From the NCBI RefSeq assembly GCF_009914755.1, contig NC_060935.1: a DNA stretch of 64,000 nucleotides; one strand, written 5' to 3'. This document shows positions 1-13,768 of this stretch, one piece after another. A model generated the notes under the pieces. It saw only the letters and a list, made by a program, of their open reading frames with translations. It searched no databases and was not told the DNA's origin. Position 1 is the first letter of the stretch, and each line of letters opens with the position of its first letter. This DNA comes from the human T2T-CHM13v2.0 reference genome, Homo sapiens. The position numbers were made by a program, and so were the translations under genes.

Positions 1-1360
1 ATGAGCATATCAAAAAAAAAAAAGTTAAGGGCCACTTAATTTTAAATCATATGATTTAAATCCATTTTGGGTTCCTCTTCTCCCCCACTCAAGGTCCCCC
101 GTAGTTTTTGTCATCCAAGTGGCCTCTGTGAGGGCCCCTGCACACGATGGCCCCAAATAGTCCCCTCATTAACAGTCTCAGCAGAGGCCAAAGACTGAAT
201 AGGTCAGAGAAACCAAATTCTTCTATCATCCGGAGGCCCAAGAGAACCTATCTGAGGAGGGCAAGTGAGGGAGGGAGGGCTGAGAAGCAAGAAATGTGGG
301 AAATGAAGACTTTACAAAACTATTGTAAATTGCCTCCTCTGAAAATAGAAAAATCCAACATTCCCCAACCACCCCCTCTCCAACAAATACTTTGAAAGTG
401 GCGAATCTCACCCACTTTGCTTCCATGGGGAGGCACTCTGTATTCACATACATAATCCATAGGTATTTATAAAAATGTATAATTGTGAAATGGACCAATG
501 AAAACTGTATTGTTAGCTAAGTGAAGAGGGCAGTTGTCCCCCCCCCATAAAAGGCAGATGTTTAAATAAATGCAGATTTTAATAATACAATATCATTATC
601 AGATTGCATACTTAGGTCCCCCAGATGAAACCTAAGCCTGTTTTGGTGGGCTGCTGTGCCTTTTCTGCCAAGCAGCTGTGAGAAGGAATGAACATCCCAG
701 AATCCTTGCTTATGAATGCACTGTCTTCGCTGAGTTTGAATGTACTAGTGCTTCATGTTTGTGTGAATGGGGGTTGCATGTGCTGGTCAGAAGCCACATG
801 AGACACATGGTTGGGGGGCGGGGAATTATGTCTTTAAAAAATGAATTGGAAAAAATGAAATGGAATGTGTGAATGGCATAAATGGAGCCCATGGCACCTT
901 CTCTTTTTTATTACCCACCACCACAATAGGGCCCACCTGTTTCATTAAAATTAATTCCTGGCTTTGCAAATATCAATAGATCAATACCTGTACTTATGTT
1001 CCACCCTTCACTGGGACCAGACTGCTAAAAACAGAGAGCTGCAACACAAAAGATACCGCAGTCAGCTCAAGCAGGGGGTTATTTTTAGATCAGAAAAACG
1101 AAGGGAAAGAAAAAAAACAGAGGCAGTTCTGGGTTTTGCAATCTAATTTGGTCCCTTTTCTTAAGGAAAAAAAAATCCCATCAATGGCATTTTCCATACA
1201 ATCTGATTTCCATTTGGCTCCTAGAAAAAGAAGAAGAGATCTAGGGCTGAAAATTCTGGAGTTTTATGGCTGATTCCAGCTAGTATCCTTTCTTCACCAG
1301 GCTCCAACTGAATTAATTTGATACTATTTTTGAAAGTCAGTGTTTCTAAGGGAGACCTAA

Positions 1361-1386
1361 TGACGCACTGACGTCAATGCAGGTCA
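1361..1386. promoter_or_regulatory. CRE module: TGACGCA + full CRE TGACGTCA + AGGTCA half-site
   Basis: TGACGCA 1361-1367, palindromic TGACGTCA 1369-1376 and AGGTCA 1381-1386, about 260 bp inside the inferred first intron of the minus-strand gene. Confidence 0.6.
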
Positions 1387-1643
1387 ATAGCACACACTGC
1401 TGGAACTGGGCGTGCTACACCGAGCCAGGGCTGGAGCCTTTTCAAACAGCCCCAACTCTGCAAATATCCCAGCTTTGCAGGGGGAAAAAAGCCAGGGTTT
1501 TGTAAGCATTGAGACCCCCACCATTTTTCCCGAACACCTTCAAAATTGATGCATGCTTTCTAGATGCAAAAAAAGAAAGAAGAAAATCCAAACAGATATA
1601 ATCAGACGCACTGCAGTGCAAAAAAAAAAAAAAAAAATCATAC

Positions 1644-1900
1644 CTGTCAAAGGAACCGTATGTAATCCGTGCACACACACACATTTCACATTTACGTTCA
1701 GAATGCAATACATATCATTAGGATCTGTCTATAAATAGACTCGAGCGTGTGTGCATCGGGACTTAGTCCCAAACTGGGTTTTCAAACGTGGGTGATGAGT
1801 TCTTTGCTCTGATCAGTTACTCAGAAGGTGCCTGAATGTGTGGGGGTGGGAGCGTGGGAGGGGGCTGCCTCCTCTTTCTCCTCCTTCCCTTTGGCTCTCC
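1644..1900 (-). other. Candidate non-coding first (5'UTR) exon of a minus-strand gene that continues left of the window
   Basis: Minus-strand donor TTTGACAG|GTATGA ends at 1644 and is followed by a poly-T, intron-like sequence. A long purine tract lies upstream and the flanks are transposon-free. The TSS position is approximate. Confidence 0.5.
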
Positions 1901-2095
1901 CCCTCCTTTCTTCTCCCTCCCTCCCTCCCTCTACCCTCACCTCCCCTCTCCTCTCCCTGTATCCCTCTCTCATTTCCTCTTTCTTTCTCTTCTTCTCCCT
2001 CTCTCCTTCAGCATCCCCCCACCCTCTTTTTCTCTCTCCCCCTCCCTCTCACCCCCTCTCTCTCTCCCCCACCCTCTCTCTTCTCCCTCTCCCTC
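1869..2095. repeat. Polypyrimidine/polypurine (CT-rich) low-complexity tract
   Basis: ~225 bp almost exclusively C/T on the + strand. Confidence 0.9.
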
Positions 2096-5000
2096 CAAGT
2101 CTGGCACTGAACGCGAACTGTTTTGCTTTGCTCTGGGAAGAGTGCAGACACATAACGTGAAATCCCGAGCTTTTTGCGTGGTGCATTTAAAATGCTTCCT
2201 TGTTTATATTACCCTCATTCCCTCACCTCCCCCACCCCCTCACCAGTCCTTCCAAATTTCCCTAGAAATCTATGTAAAGCATGCGGAGGGGAAAACATTT
2301 GCACAAAAAGTGAAGGAGCTCGCCAAGGTAGGTTATACCATGCACTGTCTTGTGTTTGGCTTTTGCAAAGTTTATGATGTCAGTTGGTGAATGTTTGGAG
2401 GAGTAGATTTGTATGACTGACCATGATTACTGTCTTTTTCATTGAACAATTATCTTTGTACAAATTGCCTAGACTTCTTGGGCAGGCTTTCCTGGGGTCT
2501 TGTATGTGTGGTTTTTGCAGGAGGCATGCCAGCTGGAAGACAGTCCTCTGTTGTTAAGCTGGGTAGGGGACGCCGTCTTGGCTTCCCCCACCCTAGTGTT
2601 CTGTGGTTTGGGGGTGGAGGGTGGAGAAGTATTCTGTAGTGGGCATGTGCTTCTGCCACTTGGCCGTATCTTGGATTGATTCTCATTCACTGAGTGTCTT
2701 AATTCTTGTAATTATTTTGCACGTGAAAATTTAGTTCCAAAAAGGCTTCATGAAGTCAGAGAAAAGTGGGGAGAGTCAGAGAGAGAAAGAATCACGGTAT
2801 GGTGGTGGTGATGGGAGCGGTAATATGTCTTGCATAGAGAACTTAATGTTCTCCCACTTTTTGGAGAAAATGCTAAGTCTTTAGTGGGTGTAAGCAAAAT
2901 AATTTTTGTTTAAAACCTTATTCGTGGGTAAAATGAAATTTAAAATAAATGTTTCCGTTGCAAGAGCAAAAACTGCTACAGCTCACAACCACCTGTAGAG
3001 GGAAATCTTTATGCATGATATCTTAAGGGCTGGTTGTGTAGAGGAAAACCGCCTGAAAAGGCTCCTGACAAAGTTTGCAGCAGGAAAGACAAGAGATACT
3101 GAGCCCTGCAGGGTGAAGGGTTAAAACTCGGGGGCGGCAGAGAAGGAGGGAACGGCTGGAGCTCAGCCAGGGTCTGTCAGTCTGGGGACCTACAGGGTTG
3201 GCCTTCCTGCTTTGAGGGGCTGGTGCTGTAACGGGGGGGAGCCTGAGGTGGAGAAGCTAAATGGGGCAGGGGCTTGCAGAATACTTGTGTGTCGTGGAAG
3301 GAGGGGCGTTCTATGAGGTCAGAGATCGTATGGTGCTTGGGGCCATGTGACGATAGGGAGGTCACAGGCCAGTTTTTCCGTTGGGTTCTGGTCCTCCCAG
3401 TTCCTCCCTGCTGCTGCACAAAGCGAGGTGGTTATCAACAAGTGTTTCTCCTGAGAAGATTAGTTTTGACAGGGACTTCAAGGGGTTTTTTAATCTGGGT
3501 AAATCCACCAGGGCTTTATTGTGTGTAGCAAAGAGAGTCATTCTTTGTTAGGAAGGAGCTTGGGGAAGAGAGGTGGAGGGGTGGAGAGAGGGGGCTTTTG
3601 AACATCAGCCATTTGACCTTGGGGGCCAGAGTTCAAATCCCCCAGAGGTCTGAAAAGGTTGAAAAGATATCATTATCCCTTCTCCCTCCCCCGCGTCTTT
3701 CACCCAGAGCTTTATGTTTAACGGGGAAAATCCAGCGCCTGGTGTTGGCCAAACCTCATCAATGGGAATTCCATGTGTCTGAGAGCAGGATTTTTTTTTC
3801 ATCGAGGGAAGCAGGCAGCACTCTCAGCTGTAGTACTGTACATTTTTTTCCCCCTGCAAATCATCTTCTAGGAAAGCTGAATCACCTCCACTCTGAAGAG
3901 CAGCCACTTCTGGGAGGTGGAACACAGGGGGAGGAGGGAATACCCCCTCCTCCATGGTCCTTAAATATCCGTGTGGGGGCACTACTTGAATGTCTGGTTC
4001 AGATGAGCCTGGAAATATGACGAGGGTTCTTTGGACTGGGCTGGTAGTTGAGAAGACCATCTGAGCGGGGATGTAATTCTGAAGGAGTAAGGTAGTGGCT
4101 TTTTCTTTTGCGCTGGGGGTGCGGGGGCGGAGGGGTGCAGCTGGCTGGGTCATCAAATTAACATGAGAAGGGAATCGTTTTCAGCAGGGAAGTAGGAGAT
4201 TTGGGGAGGGTGCTTGGAAGATAGAATCAGCATGCTATTGCCACCCCCCACCCCAAATAACCAAAAGGCAAGGAGTACAGACATAGAAATGGGAAGTGAA
4301 ATGTTGGTATAGACTGTGATTAAGCCTGCTGTTGGTATGAAGTGCTGTCTCACTAAATAAAGCAGAGTGGATGGTGGCTGCATCCCTGGATCTGCCGGTG
4401 TGAAGTAAAACCAGGTCAGCTGGCCTGACACCCACTGTCCATATCACTGAAGGTCCTGCTCCAAGAAGGGGGATGGAGAGTCTTCCACAGCCCGGAAAGC
4501 ATCAGGTTTCTTTGTGTTGCACTTCTCAGAAGGAAATTGTTTCTGTTTATTGCTTAAGTCAACAAGTATTTGTCTCCCTTTGATATAAATGCTGTGGGGG
4601 AAGTGGTTACAAGAAAAAAAAATCTGGTCCTGGAATTATAGCCATCTGCTCTCCACAGTCCTCCAAGACTGTCAGTATCTCTCTTTACTCTGAGCTGTGG
4701 TCTTCTAGGGACCAAGTTCCAGAAGAATAGCACCTAAAAAGTATTTCATGTCCATCAGCCTTCCCCGGAGATCCATGGAAAGACCACCTCTCTCAGGTTC
4801 TACCAGGTGCCCAAGCACTTGTCACATGCAGACATGTATGTGCAGTGTACATGCACATATATGTGCAAAAACCACAACAGTATGCATGTGGGTACCCAGG
4901 GTTCTCTCCACATGAGAACCCACGAGAGCCCACGTCAGCTCATGAGCCACATACACAAGGAAACAGACCTTCTTCCTCTCTGTCAAGTCCGAAGATGCCA

Positions 5001-5252
5001 GCTGAGACGTTCTTCATCCAGTTTAGGGGTGGACCTGATGTCCCTGAGTGTATGTGGTGAACCTGAATTTGCCTTGGGTTTCCTCATATTCATTCAGGAG
5101 TGTCAGTTGCCCCTTCACGCGACGTTGGAGAGCATTACAGCAAGCAGGTGTCTACTCATTTATGGCAAGAATGAAGTCCGACTTTTATCTTCATCACCTT
5201 GGATGAGCCCTGGTGCTTGCCCTGTTTCTCAAAAGAAACCTAAGGGCAGGGG

Positions 5253-6200
5253 CAGAACTGGTTATAGAATTCATGGAACCTGGCACAAAATGAACACGTA
5301 GGGCCCCTTGTTCAAAAAGCAGGAAGAAAGTGCCTAAATATAATGCCTTTGTCTTTCTTCCACAATCTCTCTCTAGAATCGTCATGGTGGTTTTTTATTT
5401 GCTGTTTTTCATGTGGTGCTAAATAAAAATAAAAATTTTAAATTTTTAGCATGAATTTTACCGTTCATCTTTATATTGTGTGATGCCAGTTGTAAATGTA
5501 AACACAAGAGCGTTTAACTCATTTGTAGAATCACTGAAATTACACAATTCACATTTCATATGTCGCATATGCATAGGTATTTCATTCTTACCAGAACAAT
5601 GGAGATGCTGACAAAATGAACTCCAGTGTTTTTATTTCACTTCTTGATACAAGCGCTTTGTACCAGCACTCTCCACCTTCAGCTTGCTGTTGAGGAGAAA
5701 TAGCTATGGATTGCTCTATCTTCACCTTTCCTTCTGTGTCAACATTTTCAGCATAGGTGTTTGGCAAATACAGGGAAGGAACATAAGTAAGAAATGCTAC
5801 TTTAGGGTCCCTTAGGCATTAGTGTTTCTTAGAACTCTATTGCCTTCCTTCTGCATTTGAAGCATCTGGTTCAAACAGAAAGCATGACCTCTGGGCACTG
5901 TCTGTGTCCCCCGTCTGTGTAGTCATAGGCTTACTTTCCATTCTACTTGCCCCGAGTCTCACTGAGCTCCCACTGGAATTCTGTACGCATGGGCTACTGC
6001 CAACATGGTGGGACAGGAACGATGGATGGGCACACACATTCTCTATTATCCCATAGACTTCACTTACAAAACACGGGTTCAAAGACAAAATTTTTAAGAA
6101 TTTCAAGACAATAACAGTAGAATCTTAAACCAACCATGGAGCTCTTCTGAGCCAAGGGCCCTGCAACTACACAAGTTGCACGCTCCTGAAGTCAATCCAG
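5253..6200 (-). mobile_element. MER45-family (hAT-Tip100) non-autonomous DNA transposon, MER45C-like length
   Basis: Both ends match the reverse complement of the MER45 termini (cagaactggttatagaat...caaaatgaa...gggccccttgttcaaaaa and taagaatttcaagac...aagggccctg...gcacgctcctgaag); span ~950 bp. Confidence 0.8.
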
Positions 6201-7309
6201 GTGGGAGGAAGTAAGAAGTAACCTAGACTTCAGGCTGAGAACCCTATTACTCATCTTCCTTCGTCAAGCGAATAATTGAATCCGCAGCAAAAAAAAACTT
6301 GAACGGCCTCCATTTTTGACCCATTGGGACTTTCTTCTCCTCTAAGCAAGTCCCACTCTGTGAAAATCCACCACTTCCTGGTGACGCTATCACAGCTTTG
6401 AGGGGAGAATTCATCTGCTGATCTCTTCACTGAAGCCGTGGCTTAGAGCCCAAGCCTTGCAGATGAAGCATGGGTTCCAATCCCCACCCACCACTTTCAA
6501 GCTTGGTCCCATCCAGGAGATACCCTGACTGATCTGTACTTAGGTTTCACCACCTGAAAGTAATAAAATATATTTGGTTTGATTCATGAATAATTGTGCT
6601 AATTATTTAGTGCTGCTTCTTGTTTGTCTCACAACTGCTCTGAGGTCTGCCCAGGGGTCTCCTGGCCCAGGATGACAAGTTCTCAGAAATTACTTTAGCA
6701 ATTAATTCAATTGATGTTGCTGTGGAAGAAGCAGGGCTTGATGTTTAAAGGGTCTAGAGGAAGACGGGCCTACATTCCTGATGGACCCAATAAAAAGAGT
6801 ATTTTTCCTGCCTTCATCAACTGCCTTTTGCTCCTCACCTACTAGGGAGCAAAGCTAGAGGGCATCTTAGAGATGTGAGGTGGACTAGTTTGTAAATAAA
6901 ATAGCATTAAAAATATATCCAACCTAGAGAATGAAGACTATGGACCCTCCATCGTTGGTTGAGGGACTTTGAGAGTTTTTGAGAGTTGTGTTTTTCAAGC
7001 TTAATATAGCTTTCCTTTCTAGCCTGTTCCTTCAAGTGACACAAACACCCTTTTTTTTTGAGAAATATTTAGCTTGGTCTAGGCTACTGACAGTACCTAG
7101 AAAGAAAAAGAAAAAGAATTATTCTTGCTTATTATTTTATAAAACCTTTACTAGACTTGGAGACTGCTGCAGCGACAGTCCAGTTAGTGGACTGGAAGAC
7201 CAATCAATGAATAATGATTGACTGTTTACAAATGAGCCTAGCACGGTGCTTGACCCATGGTGGGTGTTTAATAAATGTTAGCTGACTCAGAGTATGTCTC
7301 ATTATTGTG

Positions 7310-7530
7310 GCACTATGTTATAGTGAAAGAGCTATGAATTTGGCATCAAACCACATAGGTTCAAGCAACCATGTGGATGTATGCTCTTGGGCAAATTATT
7401 TCGCTTCTTCGTAAACTGCTTATCATACCTAAACAATGGGAGTATTCACATTATAATAGCTACCCCACACAGTTATTTTGAGAATGAAATCAGAAGTGAG
7501 TTGGCTCATTTTAAAGCACTCTAGATAAGT
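7310..7530 (+). mobile_element. MIR SINE
   Basis: Degenerate MIR core: cttgggcaaattattt...aacaatgggag...gttattttgagaatgaaat. Confidence 0.6.
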
Positions 7531-7669
7531 AAGTGATACATGTGTTTCTGTAATATGTGTGTGCACAAAGGCAGATATTAAAAATTTTTTTAAATCCTGC
7601 CTTTTTCTCTTTCCCATCTCACTCAGCAATAGAAGTAGGCATAGGTCTCTGATAGGCTGGATGGCATCC

Positions 7670-7930
7670 TGAGTACAGTGTAACTGTGGATAGTTTAGGC
7701 TTTGCAGCCAAGAAGGCGTGCATTCAAATCTTTCTTAGCTCTTATATGTGGTTGGTTATGTGACTTTTGATAAGTTATTTAAACTCTCTAAGCCTCAGTT
7801 TCTTGACATTTAAAATGGGGACCTACCTCAAAAAGTTATTGTGACGATTCATTGAGTTGATATTTGCAAGGCTTGGCTCAGTGCCTGGCACATACCAAAT
7901 GTCTATCACTTTTATTTTTTATTATTATTT
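7670..7930 (+). mobile_element. MIR SINE
   Basis: MIR core gtgacttttgataagttatttaaactctctaagcctcagtttct...aaaatgggg...gtgcctggcacata. Confidence 0.75.
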
Positions 7931-8863
7931 TAGCTATTATACCTCTGGACCAGGGAAGCATCAGAAAAATGACTTGGGAACATCTTATGAGGCATGGTGT
8001 GGGATGGCATTTCTACCATATGCTTTTTCTTGCTTGGGTAGATTCTTCCTTTTCTGAAATTAGCAGAGACCTCTTAGACTCTTCCACATACACAAGGTAA
8101 AGTCTATCTTCCCTATACTTTACTGAAAGCCATTGGCCCTACCAAGCAAGGGACAGGCCTAGGCAACTTCCCTGGAGCTTTCACTTCAACTAGGAACTCA
8201 ACTCTTTTGTCCCAGAAGTTCCCAACTTCAGGTAAGGAGAAAGGGACTCAGTCAATGCATAGCACAGATCTGGACCTCAAGTGTGGGTGGGAGAAGATCA
8301 TCTGCATTTGACTCACAGAAGCCTAGAGGGAAGACTTGAGTCTTCCCTCAGCTGAAGTAGATGTTCCAAGTCCTCCTTGAATGCTGTGAGAGCCCCTCAG
8401 TGATTCTCTGGAGGCAGGTATCACTATCTACTCCTCACCCAGGTCTTGTATTGCCATGACTTCATCTCCTAGTGGAGGACAGAAGAAAGTAATCCCTTAC
8501 CTAGCCCCTACGGACTTATTAAAATTGGGAACTCAACACGAACTTCTGTATGGCCCATTATGGAAGGCCATACACTAGATTCTCAGGATCCAGTGATAAC
8601 TAAAACATGGATGCTGCTTGCCATTGTAGCACTCGTAGTCCAGAGATGAGAGAGGCTTTTAAAAGTCCACATTCTCCTTTGGGTAGGACCCTTACCAATC
8701 CTGGGTTGTTATGCAATGATAAAGCCCTCGCCTGAACAATAAGCCACCATAGGCTTCTGTTTCCTATTCCAAATTTATCTGCTCAGTGTCCCATTCTGTT
8801 AAGAATTCTTTCACCCATGAGTTGATGTGAATGTGTTAATTGGTGTGGAAGTACCAGTCGTGA

Positions 8864-9218
<355 letters not shown>

Positions 9219-9277
9219 TCATTAGTAATATTTAGTGAGAAGAACAGCCTTCTTTTATGTTTTACTGCAATACATTC

Positions 9278-9511
9278 TTTTTTTTTCTTTTTTTTTAGAG
9301 ATGAGGTCTTGCTCTGTCACCCAGGCTGGCATGCAATGGCACAATCATCGCTCACTACAGCCTCGAAAGATAGGTGCACGCCACCATGCCTGGCTATTTT
9401 TATTTTTTGCTATGTTGTCCAGGCTATTCTCAAGCTCCTAGACTGAAGTGATCCTCCTGCCTTGGCCTCCCAAAGTGCTGGGATTACAAGTGTGCACCAC
9501 CGTGCCTGGCC
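9278..9511 (-). mobile_element. AluJ with internal deletions
   Basis: Poly-T, then gagatgaggtcttgctctgtcacccaggctgg...cccaaagtgctgggattaca...cctggcc. Confidence 0.88.
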
Positions 9512-10215
9512 CAATTCATTCCATTAGGAGCCCATGGGCTGATTATTTTAGAGTGTATGGGTCCTAGAACTATAGGACTTACCCTGACCACCACATCTTG
9601 AGTATTAATAACCAGAGAGCCAGAGAAGACCTGCTCTGCAGGGAGTAGCCTCATCCTAGCCTCAGGTCTGGGGCAGGATTGAGGATTCCAATTCACTACA
9701 AAGGTTATTTGCTTCTACATACTTCTCTATATTTGCATAGATTTGGGAAATGATATAAGGGACAAGGGAAGATCAAAATAGCCACTTCATTCCCTGAAAA
9801 CTCCTACTTTAGCCACTTCCCCAAAGCTAGAGGGTTTTTCCTACTCTACATTAACTTGCTAGTTTATAAGCTCTCAGATTTTTTAAAGCTTAATCACTTA
9901 TATCGTGTAAGTTGCAGCATGATGAAGGCTGGTCACTGCTGAGGGGTTGATGCATTCCTACCAGGGCTTGGAAGCAAATTGGACCACAAATCCCTAACCA
10001 GAATGAACCTTTCATATGCATGGGCCCCAGATCTTTTCAAAACATTAACAATTCTCTTGAGTTACAATCCAGATCAAAGTTGTTTTGACTTGTAATTTAA
10101 TATACTATTTTAAACCAATTGGAACCCATATATTTGCTAATACTGGTGGCCCAGAGCAGCAAGTTATTCCATTAATGAAAACATTTGGTAATAGCTCTAG
10201 AGATGATAGAGATGA

Positions 10216-10698
<483 letters not shown>

Positions 10699-11399
10699 TG
10701 AATAGGAGCAGCCAAGCTAATTAGAGGATTGAAGGCAGGGTCTTTGTCATCTATAATTAAGGAGAGGTGCATCCTGTGATGTGAGCTATACAGCCTCTGC
10801 CTCCCCTAGCTGGTCCAAACCCCAGTGAGTCAACACTGACCCTTAACCAGAGGTAGGTGAACAGAGCCTAGCATAGTTACAATAAGGGTAGATGGAGTTA
10901 TGGCTTATAGCTACTGAGAAAAATCCATTACTTACCCTCAGATTATTCTTAATGGCAGCTCCTGAAAACTGTCTTTTCCTTTAAGGTACAGGACCTAAAG
11001 AATTCTACTCTTAAATTAGCTGTCCCAGCTGTCAGTCTTATAGCTCATTCCCAAATCATGAGGTCCAATGCATTTTCCAAATATGTAATGACTCCCTTTT
11101 GTTCTGCGTGGCTTCGCAAGGTATCTGAGAGATCATCTTAGAAAATGAAAAAGAGGTAAAATGCTTCATCCTAGAAGTAATTTTTTCCTCCTCAGACAGT
11201 TTGCACTTGCCCTGTGGAAATGAGACAATGAATGAGAAGGAACACCAGATGCTTCTTCCATCGGTCCTGATTGGGACTTAACAAGGTGTGCCCCACTGCT
11301 CAGTTTCCCCTGACCCTTTGAAACTTCTCTCAATGTTGGATGGAACTCCACTTCTGTCTGTTCTGGAGAACCCAGCCAGGGCCCAAAGAGGGGATGCTC

Positions 11400-11620
11400 T
11401 GTATTTCCGAATACCAGTTTCTACACTTAACAGCTATGTTTGACTTTGGACAAATTATTTAACCTCTCTAAGCCTCAGTTTTTCAACTTGAATGTAGAAA
11501 TTGTAATAGGGACTGTTTCATTGAGTTGTCATTAGCATTGAGTGGGATGATGTATACATACCTCTTTGCACAGTACCTGAGGTTAATAAATATGGGGCTC
11601 ATTAAATATTAGCTATTGTT
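11400..11620 (+). mobile_element. MIR SINE
   Basis: tgactttggacaaattatttaacctctctaagcctcagttt...aaatattagctatt. Confidence 0.7.
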
Positions 11621-11812
11621 ACTCTTGATATCTTGCCAGCAGAAAAGGGGTGAGGAGCTCTCATCAAATATTTTTAACCTTCCTGAATGGCAAGTCTTTG
11701 TCTTATTCTGGGTTCCTTCTGAACTGTGTATCATCCTGTAAGTAGGTGAACACAGAGCCTCTTGGGTACCTAACAAGAAGCCAGGCCACTGCTAATCAAA
11801 ATCAGGCAGTGA

Positions 11813-12193
<381 letters not shown>

Positions 12194-13134
12194 CCCAGAA
12201 CATTTAAAAATAATAATAATAAGATCTGTGCCCCGATAGGTTAGCCGACTAGTTAACCTGAGGAATTTCAGCAGGGAAAGGACTGCAGAAAAACTTGGTT
12301 CAGAGCTTCAGTAGACTCTGTCTTGCTCCCTTTATAACAGTCATATTAGGTCTTTTGTGTGAGAAGGATTCCGTGTCCATCACTTAGTTTATCAGAGAAT
12401 GTGTTTTTAAAGGCTCCTGAGAGCAGGCAAGAACAATTTCCCTCATCCTGTTGCTGTTAAGTGGGATATACAACCATCCTGATGCAAATCTTTTTTGGGA
12501 GAGGAAGGTTATCCGGGCTCCATGACTCTTCTATAAAAAGTTTATAATAAGGTCCTTTAATGGCTGTCACTCTAGATATTTGTGGGAAGAGAATGACTGG
12601 AAAGCTAGAACACATTCAAAATCCAAGGGCCAGAAAAATTTTAAGCTCCAGCCTCAGCCTCCGATCTCCTGGGACCAGCCCCATAAGAACCATCCATTCT
12701 AGCCCAACTTGCAAATGGAGCCCAAGAGTTGAACCTCGGCATGGGACTCAAGATGTCTCTAAAGTTCAAAAACACCTGGATTACCTGAAAGCAGAACCGG
12801 GTCCAGGTCCTGTGCTGAGGTCTCCAGTTTTCTCTAAGTAAAATATTTCTAGTGGAGAAAAAGCCTGTGGCCTCTGGGCAGAGATTTGTTCTATAGAGAA
12901 ATGAAGGAAATGTGCAAGAGAGAACAGTTTTACTCTGGAGCTCCCTCTACTGGCTCTTTGATAGAAATCCATCGCAGTTATTCCGCCCTGCCTTGTGGGT
13001 ATCAAGTTAAAGCATCCGAGCATCCTGGCACCTTGAAGCAAGGAGAAAAGGTGTCCTGAGGTGCCAAGGAAGATGAAACTGCAGATACTGGTTTCTTCTG
13101 CCTCTTTTACAATTTCATCTAATGTTTTGGGGGT

Positions 13135-13240
13135 GCCAAGATAGTGCTAAGCATTTTGTGTGCATTATTTCATTTAATACTCACCATAAACCAGCATTTT
13201 ACAAATGAGGCAGCTGAGACCTGAAGGGATTAAATAAGTT
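13135..13240 (-). mobile_element. MIR fragment
   Basis: gtgctaagcattt...catttaatactcac...ttttacaaatgaggcagctgag...ttaaataa. Confidence 0.6.
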
Positions 13241-13440
13241 CCTGGCATCACCATAGACTAATAGACCCCCTTAGTGACCCTCATAATTCTTATGATTCTC
13301 CTGAGTGACAACTCAAGAGAAGCAAGAGTCAACGGACAATGTGAGGTTGGAAGTGGCACTTGATCTCATCACCTAATATAAAGAGGCTCTGAGATTGCGC
13401 CATAAACTTCCTAGGTCCTATAGAATCTCAGCCCTGTTTG

Positions 13441-13768
13441 TTTTTTTATTCTTTTAATTTTATTTATTTATTTATTTATTTAAGACGAACTCTCACTCTG
13501 TTGCCCGGGACGGAGTGTGCAGTGGTGTGATCTTGGCTCACTGCAACCTCCACCTCCTGGTTTCAAGCAATCTTCCCACCTCAGCCTCCCGAGTAGCTAG
13601 AATTACAGGCATGCACCATCACACCTCGTTAATTTTTTCTGTATTTTTAGTAGAGAAAGGGTTTCACCATGTTGGCCAGGCTGGTCTTGATCTTCTGACC
13701 TCAAGTGATCCACCCGCCTCAGCCTCCCAAAGTGCTAGGATTACAGGCGTGAGCCACTGCACCCAGCC
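13441..13768 (-). mobile_element. AluS with (TTTA)n tail
   Basis: Full antisense dimer; cctgtttgttt TSD. Confidence 0.95.

Noticed and set aside
1828-2390. Pro/Ser/Leu-rich ORFs of 90-184 aa in three frames
   Set aside because: Artefact of the CT-rich tract, which cannot contain stop codons
4807-5301. 164-aa ORF
   Set aside because: Non-ATG start, begins in CA/TG-rich low-complexity sequence, ends inside MER45 and shows no homology I recognise
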